The translations under genes were made by a program, and so were the position numbers. From an uncultured Flavobacteriales bacterium (GTDB lineage: Bacteria > Bacteroidota > Bacteroidia > AKYH767-A > 2013-40CM-41-45): DNA of 64,000 bases. The DNA is taken from assembly GCA_964595205.1 (NCBI GenBank), contig CAZQOQ010000036.1, forward strand, positions 242,553-306,552, read 5' to 3'. The notes under the pieces are model-generated. The model made no database searches, was not told the origin of the DNA, and saw only the letters and a list, made by a program, of their open reading frames with translations. The number at the start of each line of letters is the position of its first letter. The first letter of the stretch is position 1. Below are positions 25,551 to 35,544 of this stretch, in pieces.

Positions 25551-27023
25551 ATGAAAAAAAGTTTACTCATAAGAGCAGCTCTTATTTTCTTTATCAGTTC
25601 TCTTTTTGTAACTGAAATAAGAGCGCAGTTCAATTCTCAGGCTAATCGCAATTTCAGCAGGGAATCGCTTGCGTTTAAACCCATCAGGATCGAAAAGACC
25701 CTCTTCAGTGAAGATGCTGTCGATGACACTCTGTATATAAAGAAAAGATTCTGGCGGGCTTCCGGTGAATTAATGTTAGTACAAGTGATTCCTTGGGCAT
25801 ATAACTATTTTGTAAGAGACGCAGAATTTGCTCACATCACCTGGGAAAGCATCTGGTATAACATGCATTTTAAAAACTGGGAATGGGATGATAATAGTTT
25901 TAATACAAATCAGTTTGCTCACCCATATCAGGGAAACATGTATTTCAGTTCTTTCAGAACCAATGGATATAGTTTCTGGGAATCGGCACCTGCTGCTTTT
26001 ATAGGCAGTTATATGTGGGAAGTTGCCGGTGAAACTCATCCCGCTGCTCCCAATGATTTACTCAATACAGGATTGGGTGGAATTTCTCTTGGTGAAATGA
26101 CCTATCGTTTTTCGAACTTAATTGTCGATAACAAACAAACAGGATTTAAACGGCAGGTTAATGAAGTGCTTGCATTCCTCGTCAATCCCATGAACGGGCT
26201 GAACAGGATCATCGACGGAAACTGGGGCAGGGTAAAGGCTAACCCGCCAGGCAGGGTACCCGGTTTTCTCAGCGGTAACTTCGATGTCGGCTACAGGCGG
26301 TACAGTCAGAATGTCGATGACGTATTCACAAAAGGCAATAACGAATTTTATGTCAGGGCAAGTATTCAATATGGAAATCCATTTACAGATTTCGAAAAAC
26401 CATTCAGCAGCTTTGCTCTCATCGGCGAATTAGGAGCTTCCGATTCCGCCACTCTCAATAACCTGCAGGTTGTAGGCAGTCTCTATGGAAATACCCTGAA
26501 GGAAAATGAAAGTGTAAATCATATATTGTTGGTTACAATGAATTATGATTATATCAAGAATACTTCTATACAGTTTGGCGGACAAAGTTTTAGTTTAAAG
26601 GTGCTTTCTGACCGGATCTATAAAAATAACAATCACTTTTACACTGAAGCAGGCATCATAGGAATTGCCATTGCTGCCATTCCCGACGATTATCTGTCAT
26701 ATGGCGAAGGAAGAAACTATGATTTTGGTCCCGGTGGAGGATTAATTTTAGGTTCCCGGCTGAGCTTGAATGATAAATTCTGGTGGAATATTAATTATAA
26801 AGGTCTATGGCTGCATACCGTGAATGGAAATGCTTCTGATTTCTTTATCAGTAATGGTTCTACAGATGTCAGGTACTTTATATCTTCCCAATTTTCACTC
26901 CAGGCCCAAATCGGTTATATTGTTCAAAACAGCAACTACAGGGATTTTGAAGACACCATAAAAAAATATCCTTACGGAAGAATCGGAATTGGATTTACTA
27001 TCGGTTCCAAAGAACATATTTAG
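25551..27023 (+). CDS. Secreted outer-membrane-type protein of unknown function (12 nt downstream of the octaheme cytochrome)
   Basis: 490 aa with a signal peptide (IRAQ), an aromatic-rich sequence with a conserved NQFAHPYQG motif, and a C-terminal Phe-rich strand. Confidence 0.45.
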   Translation: MKKSLLIRAALIFFISSLFVTEIRAQFNSQANRNFSRESLAFKPIRIEKTLFSEDAVDDTLYIKKRFWRASGELMLVQVIPWAYNYFVRDAEFAHITWESIWYNMHFKNWEWDDNSFNTNQFAHPYQGNMYFSSFRTNGYSFWESAPAAFIGSYMWEVAGETHPAAPNDLLNTGLGGISLGEMTYRFSNLIVDNKQTGFKRQVNEVLAFLVNPMNGLNRIIDGNWGRVKANPPGRVPGFLSGNFDVGYRRYSQNVDDVFTKGNNEFYVRASIQYGNPFTDFEKPFSSFALIGELGASDSATLNNLQVVGSLYGNTLKENESVNHILLVTMNYDYIKNTSIQFGGQSFSLKVLSDRIYKNNNHFYTEAGIIGIAIAAIPDDYLSYGEGRNYDFGPGGGLILGSRLSLNDKFWWNINYKGLWLHTVNGNASDFFISNGSTDVRYFISSQFSLQAQIGYIVQNSNYRDFEDTIKKYPYGRIGIGFTIGSKEHI

Positions 27024-27054
27024 AAAAATATGGGGTTTAGTCTGCACAGAGAAT

Positions 27055-28035
27055 TCAATTCTCCAGTGATATATTAAAAATCAATCCGGTTTCCACGTCG
27101 CTAAAATCATCTTTTAACCTGTACGATGTTACTTTGAGATGGTTGCTGTTACGGCTCAAGGTGAGATAATGAAACATCGGTTTGTAATCTTTTGCAAGAT
27201 CTGTATAGCCTGATGGTTTGGTTTTCTGCGGATGATTTAACCCGCCACCGCCACCAATGACCAGAAAATCTTTACCTTTTATTTTAAAGTGCTGGAAAAG
27301 ATGAGCGTGACCGGTGATGAATAATTTACATTTGTTTGTCTGCAGATATAACGGGACAAATTTTGCCTGTACAGGTTCGGAAGAACCGACAAGTTTACTG
27401 TCGCTGTAAGGTGAATGATGACAGCAAACTACAATAGCCTTAATAGCCGCTGAAGAATCGAGCGTCATGAGTTCCTGCTTATACCATTGATCCTGTTTCA
27501 TGATTTGCGACTTCTCCATCTTTGAAAAATTGGAATTTAAAAAAACGGTAGCCACGGAATCGCTTACAACCGTATAGCCCGTATTTACATGATCCGGAAA
27601 TCGATCCTGGAAATTTTTTTCACCCTCTTTTTTATTTTTCATCAATTCATGATTGCCGAGACAGGCATGCACCGGCAAACCTGACGACTGGCAAATTACC
27701 AAACAGCTGTCGATCGATTCCCATCGATTATTCCTGCACGAAAGGTTTGTTATATCACCCAGGAAATATAATTGTGAAGGATTTCTCTTTGCAATATCGT
27801 TAATCAGAATTCGTGTCGCTTCTGTATTCCGGTTACTCTTCAGGAAAACATCTTCTATCCACATCGGAGCCTGCGTGTCGCTGATATAAGCAACTTCGAT
27901 TCTTCGATCTGAAGTTGTGTCCTGACCGTTTGCAGAAAAGAAGAAGAACAGGAAAGCAATTAGGTTAAATACCAACCGGCTACCAAAGACGGACCTTTTA
28001 ACTGAATTGACGATTTTATGTATGTCTGCGTACAC
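27055..28035 (-). CDS. Calcineurin-like metallophosphoesterase
   Basis: Motifs LGDITN, CLGNHE and ITGHAH. Signal peptide present. Confidence 0.7.
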   Translation of the reverse strand: MYADIHKIVNSVKRSVFGSRLVFNLIAFLFFFFSANGQDTTSDRRIEVAYISDTQAPMWIEDVFLKSNRNTEATRILINDIAKRNPSQLYFLGDITNLSCRNNRWESIDSCLVICQSSGLPVHACLGNHELMKNKKEGEKNFQDRFPDHVNTGYTVVSDSVATVFLNSNFSKMEKSQIMKQDQWYKQELMTLDSSAAIKAIVVCCHHSPYSDSKLVGSSEPVQAKFVPLYLQTNKCKLFITGHAHLFQHFKIKGKDFLVIGGGGGLNHPQKTKPSGYTDLAKDYKPMFHYLTLSRNSNHLKVTSYRLKDDFSDVETGLIFNISLEN

Positions 28036-28087
28036 CCTGAGATCACAAACGAAGGCGGGTTAAAAATATTTCGGGTAAAAAGGATAG

Positions 28088-28669
28088 TTATAGTGCATAG
28101 CCAAGCAGGAATAATAAGGCTATATTCTTATCATCCAATTTGGAAGCGAAGAAAAATTTTGTTTCAGCGCTGATTGAAAGCCTGTTTTTTAGTTTGTGTT
28201 TGTAGCCGATCGATCCGGAAAAATCGCCAAGAGATATGGTCGATGCATTATTATCTCCGTTTGGAGTGGATACTTTATTCAGCAAAATCGATTGTCCGGA
28301 TGCAAAATTGAAATAAAATGTTTTCAAAAATTTCATGTTGACCACTATTTGAATGGGAATGGCATAGTTTGAAATGTCGACACCCGGAACTTCACTGGGG
28401 GAGACGGTGTATAAGCGATAATAACCGGTTTCAAATCCAAGACTTAGTAAATATTCAGGCTCCCACATGAATCTTGCAGCAAATGAATAATTCAGTTCCT
28501 TTACATCTTTTTTTGCCAGCACAAGATTATTGAAATAGATATTAGGTCCCAGTCCTCCGTATACAACAAAGGCATTTTTCTTTTCTGACGGCGCAGATTC
28601 TGATTGCGCTGATGTATTTGATGAAATCATGCAGAACAAAATTCCGATATAAATTATAAAACGATTCAT
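28088..28669 (-). CDS. Small outer-membrane beta-barrel protein (OmpW/OprG-like size)
   Basis: 193 aa with a signal peptide, amphipathic strands and a C-terminal ...LGYAL. Confidence 0.45.
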   Translation of the reverse strand: MNRFIIYIGILFCMISSNTSAQSESAPSEKKNAFVVYGGLGPNIYFNNLVLAKKDVKELNYSFAARFMWEPEYLLSLGFETGYYRLYTVSPSEVPGVDISNYAIPIQIVVNMKFLKTFYFNFASGQSILLNKVSTPNGDNNASTISLGDFSGSIGYKHKLKNRLSISAETKFFFASKLDDKNIALLFLLGYAL

Positions 28670-28696
28670 TTTACCAGTGAATTTATATTTTTTTTA

Positions 28697-29968
28697 TTAA
28701 AACATCGTGTAATAATCGTACACTATATAGGCCGGATAATCCGTAATCATTCCGTCGAATCTTCCGTTTTCCAGATAGTTTCTGATAATGTTTTTATCGT
28801 TTAGTGTCCAGCTATAGACTTTGATTCCGAGCGAGTGTGCCTGGTCGACCTCATCAAGTAATAGTCCTTCGGAATAGCGTGGTCCCCAGTATTCACAACC
28901 ATTGTCAATAACATCCTGAAGTGATAATTCACACATCGAAGGTAAATCTGAATACGCAGGCCATGCTCTGTATTCATCAATGACTTCCTGTGTTGGAATA
29001 TCTGCAATGATTATAACATCACGATTTAATGTTGCGGCATGAGCATAAGCATTTCTGACGATAGGTTCGAGATATTTAAATATGTCTGTATTCCCCTTCA
29101 CGTCAAGCCACATAAATTTCAGTGTGGTTGATTCGATAAAAGCATTGAGTACTTCCTCTACCGATGGGATTTTCTGACCGTCTTTAAGCCGGATATAATC
29201 AGACAGCACGCTGAAATTATACTGATCATAACTTCCTGCAAGGGGGCCCTTCAGGGTAAGTCTTGTGTTAATCGTGCCATCGTGAATACAGATGGGAACA
29301 TGATCTTTGGTCATCCGTACATCAAACTCCAATCCATTCACGCCATAGTCCTCACCGTTTATAACACCATCAAGTGAGTTTTCTGCATAAGGCGGATTGG
29401 AAGTAGTTTGTATGCCGTGATGCGCGAAAATTGCAAAGTCATTATTTACATCGTTGTCGCTTTCACGATCGATGATAGCCTGTGAAAAATGCCTGTGAAA
29501 TTTATAGCTTACAGTCCTGGTATACAAGTCTTCATCGAGATACATGCCCATGATATTGATATTATCTGCAACCTGGTTTTGCAATAATTCAGCAGCGCCA
29601 CTGTCCTTCGGAATATAAAAGCCAATCTTGCCTTGAGTTGTTTTTTCAGAATATCTCCAGAAGCCGGCAAACTGGATGGAACTGTCGACTGGATTCAAAC
29701 CATATTTCAGGATAAAATAAATTCCTGATTGGTTACTGAAAAATGAAATACGATGTTTGGAAACTTTACATACAAACTCGCTTCCAAGGTTACCGTTTCC
29801 GCCTGAAAGCCTGTAGATTCCTTCCATTTTTTCAATAATAGTGTTTGAAATCGGAACGGTATTTTCCAGGTTGGTTTCCGGATTATAGGGAGGCAGAGTA
29901 ATTTCATTCTTCGAACACGAAATAAAAATGATCAGGATAAGAATGGTCGTTTTGAATAATTTTATCAT
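28697..29968 (-). CDS. Glycerophosphodiester phosphodiesterase (GDPD) family lipoprotein
   Basis: Lipobox FISC. GDPD-like core: FAHHG...ENSLDGV...GLEFDVRMTKDHVPICIHD. Confidence 0.6.
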   Translation of the reverse strand: MIKLFKTTILILIIFISCSKNEITLPPYNPETNLENTVPISNTIIEKMEGIYRLSGGNGNLGSEFVCKVSKHRISFFSNQSGIYFILKYGLNPVDSSIQFAGFWRYSEKTTQGKIGFYIPKDSGAAELLQNQVADNINIMGMYLDEDLYTRTVSYKFHRHFSQAIIDRESDNDVNNDFAIFAHHGIQTTSNPPYAENSLDGVINGEDYGVNGLEFDVRMTKDHVPICIHDGTINTRLTLKGPLAGSYDQYNFSVLSDYIRLKDGQKIPSVEEVLNAFIESTTLKFMWLDVKGNTDIFKYLEPIVRNAYAHAATLNRDVIIIADIPTQEVIDEYRAWPAYSDLPSMCELSLQDVIDNGCEYWGPRYSEGLLLDEVDQAHSLGIKVYSWTLNDKNIIRNYLENGRFDGMITDYPAYIVYDYYTMF

Positions 29969-29978
29969 GTCGTTTTTT

Positions 29979-30743
29979 TTAAAAATTTAATCCAAGCTGA
30001 ACTTCAGGAACGAAGTAACGATAAGAATTTACAGGGAAAGCCGGCCATGCAAGGATGTGGTATCTAAGGTAACTGTATTTAAATCCAAAGGACATGACCC
30101 TGTTTTTTGTAATTCTTTGTTCGAGATTGAGTGAAATGCTGTATCCGTTCAAATAGCCGTCGTCAAACGTTATTACATTGCCACCTTCATTCAGGTTGAG
30201 AACATTTGTCCAGTACAGATCACTTCTCAATGTTAGAGCCATTGTCTGGAAACTGTAACCGATTAACAGAGATGGTTGTTGCTCCCATCCTGTCAGAGTT
30301 GTATGAAAACCGAATTGTTTTAACACACCATAATTATAAACTACCTGGTATCCTAAACCAAAATGCCAGTTACTTGCAGAATAATTCCAGGACGGACCGA
30401 GGGTAATTCTGTTTGAAATCAGTAAGGTTGAGAGACTTGCTTCAATATTGAATCCTTTTGGTAATGAATATTTGCCGGCATAACAAATCATAGGAGCTTT
30501 TATCATGTCAAGAGTCCAGTCTTTGGGAACAAAAATATTCAATAAGAACAATGAAGACTTGTATTTCCCGGATGGCAAACGTTGAGGTAAGAGAAAGCTG
30601 CCGGTTTTAATATCAAATTTTTCACCTGAGGTTTCCTGGACTACCCCGGCTGTAGTATCGGCAATAGAATTATAAATGTTAGAAACTAGAAATATCAGTA
30701 TTAATATAAATTTCTTCTTTGTTATTTTCGAAAATACGTGCAT
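29979..30743 (-). CDS. Outer-membrane beta-barrel protein, hypothetical
   Basis: 254 aa with a signal peptide and a C-terminal ...QLGLNF. Confidence 0.45.
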   Translation of the reverse strand: MHVFSKITKKKFILILIFLVSNIYNSIADTTAGVVQETSGEKFDIKTGSFLLPQRLPSGKYKSSLFLLNIFVPKDWTLDMIKAPMICYAGKYSLPKGFNIEASLSTLLISNRITLGPSWNYSASNWHFGLGYQVVYNYGVLKQFGFHTTLTGWEQQPSLLIGYSFQTMALTLRSDLYWTNVLNLNEGGNVITFDDGYLNGYSISLNLEQRITKNRVMSFGFKYSYLRYHILAWPAFPVNSYRYFVPEVQLGLNF

Positions 30744-30994
30744 GATTTGGAATTGTATTTTTTGAAATGAATTTTGAATTGAAAAATCACGAATATTAAT
30801 TTTGAGACTTCTAAGCTATTGCATGAAATAATAAAATATATACATTTGCCGGTAAATATAAACAAACTACACTAATAATTATTATTTATTACTAACTCAA
30901 ATTTTGCTGTGCTGAGGTAATATATGATGCAAATCATGTTTTATAATTGTAGCATTCTATACTTTAGCCGGCTGAAAATTTTAAAAAAAAACAG

Positions 30995-31444
30995 ATGAAA
31001 AAAATCATTGCCCTTTTGTCATTCGCATTTATCATGAATGGCCTGTATGCCCAACAGCATACGGAAATTGAACTAATCAGAAGCCAATACAAACTGGAAA
31101 AGAAAGCCGTCGTATCGGAGTATTTAAAATTATCGAATGAAGATGCAGGTAAATTTTGGCCTATCTATAATGCTTATGAAGCAGAGAGAACCGCACTCGG
31201 AGATCGCAGGATCGCACTTATTACTGGCTACGTTAATGACAAACACGTTGGAAATGTGAAGAATGCCGATAGTATGGTAAAAGAAAGCTCAGAAATTCAA
31301 CGTAAAGAAACTTCTCTTCGTGAAAAATATTACGAAAAAGTAAAAACAGGTGTTAATCCTGATGTTGCCATTAATTTCTACCAGATTGAAGATGCTATCT
31401 CTGCAACTGTGAAAGCAAAACTCTGGGAGGAGTTGGGAAAATAG
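30995..31444 (+). CDS. Small secreted hypothetical protein
   Basis: 149 aa with a signal peptide and a charged, helical sequence. Confidence 0.4.
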   Translation: MKKIIALLSFAFIMNGLYAQQHTEIELIRSQYKLEKKAVVSEYLKLSNEDAGKFWPIYNAYEAERTALGDRRIALITGYVNDKHVGNVKNADSMVKESSEIQRKETSLREKYYEKVKTGVNPDVAINFYQIEDAISATVKAKLWEELGK

Positions 31445-31471
31445 TTATAGATAAAATCAATAGCTTATAGT

Positions 31472-31516
31472 CGGGAAACTGGAATTTATTTCCGCTTTCC
31501 CGGCTTTTGTGTTTCT
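31472..31516. terminator. Putative bidirectional terminator between convergent genes
   Basis: Stem cgggaaa/tttcccg followed by gcttttgtgtttct. It lies between the 3' ends of 30995-31444 (+) and 31515-32111 (-). Confidence 0.35.
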
Positions 31517-32111
31517 AGCGTAACCGATACGCCACCGTTAGATTCACCACCTGGGATTCAACGTCAATATCCGGAGCTTCCGTTAAATCAACAAAGCCAT
31601 TTATTAATTTCAGGTCGAAAGAAAACTTTGCTAAATCAACTCCGGCACCAAAAAGAATACTGTGATTGTTTGTGTTCACATCACTCGCATCGAAAATATT
31701 TCCGTCAATTGAATAGGTGATGTCGGAAAAATTGTTCCAATTATAGCCTCCGAAAATTCTGACATTTCCCATATTTCCAATACCAAAGAGTTTTAACCCG
31801 AGGATGGCCGAAAAATCCATTCCTTTTAGTTTGTATGTTGCATTATTATTTCCGCTTGTATCATTTACGGTAACTGATGCACTCTTTGTACCATAGGAAA
31901 CTTCAGCCTGAGCATAAAGCATCAGCAGTTTTAATCTTATCATTCCGCCAAAATTATATCCTGATCCGGAAACCTGGTCAACAAAATCAGGATCAGCTTT
32001 TAATGAAGTACTTGTCATGGATACAATAGGTCCGAATGTAAGTGGAATAATATCCTGAGCAATGCTCCTTGACGAAACTAACAGGAATGCAAATGCGAAT
32101 ATTTTTTTCAT
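31515..32111 (-). CDS. Small outer-membrane beta-barrel protein (OmpA-like N-domain / PorT-like)
   Basis: 198 aa with a signal peptide and a C-terminal ...VAYRLR. Confidence 0.45.
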   Translation of the reverse strand: MKKIFAFAFLLVSSRSIAQDIIPLTFGPIVSMTSTSLKADPDFVDQVSGSGYNFGGMIRLKLLMLYAQAEVSYGTKSASVTVNDTSGNNNATYKLKGMDFSAILGLKLFGIGNMGNVRIFGGYNWNNFSDITYSIDGNIFDASDVNTNNHSILFGAGVDLAKFSFDLKLINGFVDLTEAPDIDVESQVVNLTVAYRLR

Positions 32112-32193
32112 TAGAATTAGTTTTTCAAATTGAAATGTAATATTATTTATTCAGGCTATTACCCGAACAATCAAATGTAAAAATAATATATTA

Positions 32194-32747
32194 TTAAATC
32201 GCTTTATTCAAATCGACTTCGGCGGGCTTCTTCCTGCTAAAAAGATTCCTGGCCGTGATGTATAATAAAAAAATGCTCAACAGCAGCGTATAAAATCCTA
32301 CAATAAACTGAATCGTATTTGTTCCCGTAAACGGATTCATAAAGATGAGACCGCCGAAAAAGACAGAAATAATTCCCATACTTATCAGAAATACCCTGGC
32401 ATTTTTACTTTTAATCGAAACAATGAGTTGTATAAGTCCTGATAAAATCGCCCACGCAGCCATGATCGTCGTAAATTTTCCGGCAGCTACATCAGCATTT
32501 CTGATCATGTAATAACCGGTAACTGCAAATGTGACTGAGACAAAAAGCAGCCACGGCCAATACGAAAGTTTTTTTCGCATCAGCAAACTCACGGCACCCT
32601 GAACACCTCCGATGATAAGCAACATCACGCCAAAGTAAAGCATCAGTGTTGGAACTGTCATGTTTGGTGCAGTTACGGAAACGATTCCCAAAATAAAAAG
32701 AGCAAGTCCTAAGATGCCCATCGTCCATAATAGTTGTTTTATCATTG
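32194..32747 (-). CDS. HdeD/DUF308-family membrane protein
   Basis: Repeated GxxxG-rich TM hairpins (MIKQLLWTMGILGLALFILGIVSV...). The start was moved to the internal ATG to avoid overlap with the upstream gene. Confidence 0.5.
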
Positions 32748-32770
32748 ATATTATTTTAATGGATGCGTTT

Positions 32771-34027
32771 TCAATATGCTTCCTGAAAATTAAAATATAA
32801 TCCGTTGGAGTCTTTCCCCCAGCCAAAATCGATGCGGACATTCAGCCTGTGCTCGACTTCAAACCGGTAGCCGATTCCGAAGTTTGGAAGAGTATTGACA
32901 AAGAATGATTTTCCGGTTTCCGGACCAATGCTTCCCACGGCACCCCAAACTACAAAGCCGCTTCGTTGGGCCATAAAAGAATTCCCATGAAATTTGTGTC
33001 GGTACTCAACAACAAAATTATTGCTAACACGATCCCGGAACCGTAACGTACGATACCCTCTGATGTCGTTCGAAGAACCCGAGTAACTTAGCTCACCATA
33101 AGGCACTTCATTAAAGCAGTGTCGGGCATGAAAATTAATCGCAATTATTCTTCCTTCTTTCTTCCTGGAAACGGAAAAATATTTTCTGTATTCCAGATCA
33201 AGTACCTGGTATCTATTTTGGCCTTTTAACGCATAGCTATATTTAGTAAAACTGAGGGCAACCATAGCCCCACTGTAAGCATTTTGTGGGAAATCGCGTG
33301 TATCATAGGATATTGCTCCTCCAAAACCAGTATTTTTATTTTTTGCTCCATCTTCAATGTAGTACTCGTCTCTTGCCATATGATCATTTACATCATACGC
33401 TTCTGTAAAATTCAAGTCAGCTACGAAACCAAGATAAACGGTCTTTGATATTTTCCACATAGGCTTACCATATACCTGCCAGTATATTCTTTTATACTTT
33501 GTTGAATCCGGATAGATGGTATTCAGGCCGTTTTCGTATCCTACTCCATAATAATGATCTGCCAGGTCACGGTATTGAAAAATTCCGGTCAATAATAAAT
33601 TGTTACTAAGGAAAAAAGTAGTCCAGTATGACGTGAGTAATTTCGAGCCATTACTCGAAATTGTAAATGCTACAGGCACCGATGATCTGGTTAATAATGT
33701 ATCGGATGGCTTTGTTGAAAATGTAACTAACGCACCCCCTGAAATTGCAAATTCCAGTTCGGGAGAATAAGCCGGTGCAATGTAGGGAGTAAAAACCCAT
33801 TTCCCGTCTTTGATTCGTTGCGCTTTCTTTTCTTTTTTCGTCAGAGGTTTTCCGGATGCTGCAGCCTTTGCACTATCTTCAGCACTTAATTTTGTATTTC
33901 GAATATTCGAAAAGACTTCATCAATTTTTATCAAATCCTTTTCTTTTTCAGGCTCCTGTGCCAGTAACATATTAACGAACAGTAACTGAAACAAAAACAG
34001 GATTTTTATGATAAATTTATTCTCCAA
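32771..34027 (-). CDS. Outer-membrane beta-barrel protein (Omp85/surface-antigen-like?)
   Basis: 418 aa with a signal peptide, a Lys-rich linker and a C-terminal ...YFNFQEAY. Confidence 0.4.
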   Translation of the reverse strand: MENKFIIKILFLFQLLFVNMLLAQEPEKEKDLIKIDEVFSNIRNTKLSAEDSAKAAASGKPLTKKEKKAQRIKDGKWVFTPYIAPAYSPELEFAISGGALVTFSTKPSDTLLTRSSVPVAFTISSNGSKLLTSYWTTFFLSNNLLLTGIFQYRDLADHYYGVGYENGLNTIYPDSTKYKRIYWQVYGKPMWKISKTVYLGFVADLNFTEAYDVNDHMARDEYYIEDGAKNKNTGFGGAISYDTRDFPQNAYSGAMVALSFTKYSYALKGQNRYQVLDLEYRKYFSVSRKKEGRIIAINFHARHCFNEVPYGELSYSGSSNDIRGYRTLRFRDRVSNNFVVEYRHKFHGNSFMAQRSGFVVWGAVGSIGPETGKSFFVNTLPNFGIGYRFEVEHRLNVRIDFGWGKDSNGLYFNFQEAY

Positions 34028-34291
34028 GAAATTCTTTTTTAAATCTATATTGAAAATTCAAATTAGAGCGGTTCATCTAATGTCGATAAATTGCGAAAGT
34101 TATACTTCAGACACAAGCCATCAATGAACGATATCAAACTGAAACCTGATTAATATCATATAATATACCTACAAGAATATAAAAAAGCATCGATTACTAC
34201 TAATAAATATGATTATTTTTGAAGCCGTATCCTGCTTTTCCAGGGTATATTTTTGTTAATTTTGATGCTCACTATATTTATGTACAGTGCC

Positions 34292-35458
34292 ATGAATAGA
34301 AAAAGATTTTCATTGTTAATTTTAGCATTCTGTTTGATAAGTGTTTCCGTTTTTTCTCAAACAGAAAACAAGACAGGAAAGGATACAACTTTATTGGGTT
34401 TGCCAGGAGATAATCTGAATCTCTATGCAGTCCTGGACCTTTTTCAAAAATCAAAGACTATAGAAGAATTTGAAAAAAACTTAAACCTGGAAAAAACAGG
34501 AATCAATAATCTGGATTTGAATTTAGACGGTAAAGTCGATTTCATAAAAGTTGAGACTAAAAAGAAAGACGATGATTTTACATTCATCCTTCAGGTTGAT
34601 GTAACTAAGTCGGAGAAACAAGATGTAGCCGTCATATTAGTTTCAAAGGATAAAAACAAGAAAGTTACAATGCAGATTGTAGGCGACAAAGATCTATACG
34701 GTAAGGATTTTATTGTTGAACCTAAAGAGACTACGACCCCCGCAAAAACTCCAAATCCTGGTTATACGGGAGACAATCCCGACACTGTTTATGTGCCTGC
34801 AAAAACTACCACAGTAGTAGTCGAGTCAACGCCTATCGTTCAGTATGTATATTCACCTGCATATGTTCCATATTATCCGCCGTATTATTATGGATATTAT
34901 CCGCCCTATTTTGCCACGTTTGCTGTTGTTTCAATGAGCATATATTGGGGTAGCCATGCACATTATTACGGAGGTTACGGGTATCATGGAAATACAACTG
35001 TAATACATAATACAAATAATTTTAATAATTATAATAACATCAGAAATACTTCCAATACCGTTAGAAATAATGCAGGGCAGGGAAATTACAACAGAGGGAA
35101 TAATGTTTCAACACGTCCGTCTACAGGTGCCGGCGGTTCTGGTCGCCCGTCAACGGGCACCGGCGGTGGTGGAGGCACCCGGCCGTCGACCCAACCATCA
35201 CGTGGTGGCAATGCAGGCTCCGCAGGCGGAGGCGCGCGACCATCCACTCAGCCATCAACCGGAATGGGTGGTGGTGGAGGCAACCCTGGAGTTTCTACAC
35301 AACCATCAAATCGATCTTCAGGTGGATTTTCAGGATCGCAAGGAGGTTCCCGTCCGTCTACACAACCATCAACACGTTCTTCCGGCGGAGGCTCGCGTTT
35401 TAGCGGAGGCGGAGGCTCAAGAGGCGGAGGTGGAAGAGGCGGCGGCGGAAGAAGATAA
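34292..35458 (+). CDS. Secreted protein with folded N-domain, Tyr/Pro-rich hydrophobic segment, Asn-rich linker and Gly/Ser/Arg (RGG-like) repeat tail
   Basis: Signal peptide MNRKRFSLLILAFCLISVSVFSQ. The Tyr/Pro-rich segment is YSPAYVPYYPPYYYGYYPPYF. Five RPSTQPS repeats occur within Gly runs, and the tail ends GGGGSRGGGGRGGGGRR. Confidence 0.6.
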   Translation: MNRKRFSLLILAFCLISVSVFSQTENKTGKDTTLLGLPGDNLNLYAVLDLFQKSKTIEEFEKNLNLEKTGINNLDLNLDGKVDFIKVETKKKDDDFTFILQVDVTKSEKQDVAVILVSKDKNKKVTMQIVGDKDLYGKDFIVEPKETTTPAKTPNPGYTGDNPDTVYVPAKTTTVVVESTPIVQYVYSPAYVPYYPPYYYGYYPPYFATFAVVSMSIYWGSHAHYYGGYGYHGNTTVIHNTNNFNNYNNIRNTSNTVRNNAGQGNYNRGNNVSTRPSTGAGGSGRPSTGTGGGGGTRPSTQPSRGGNAGSAGGGARPSTQPSTGMGGGGGNPGVSTQPSNRSSGGFSGSQGGSRPSTQPSTRSSGGGSRFSGGGGSRGGGGRGGGGRR

Positions 35459-35544
35459 AATTTACTATTTACCTGACTTCATTATTCTTTAATCGATATT
35501 ATTTTGTTCAATATTGAAAATCGATTAACGAATGATGTAGCTAT

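Noticed and set aside
32745-32841. The 5' extension of the HdeD-like ORF overlapping the upstream beta-barrel gene by 71 nt
   Set aside because: The internal ATG (MIKQLLW...) starts directly at the first TM helix and removes the overlap, so the extension is likely spurious.
35070-35492. 140-aa antisense ORF rich in Ala/Glu/Gln opposite the Gly/Arg repeat region
   Set aside because: It is an artefact of the GC-rich GGN/CGN repeat of the plus-strand gene; complementing GGC/GGA codons gives Ala/Pro/Ser-rich nonsense. The plus-strand gene has the signal peptide and coherent architecture.
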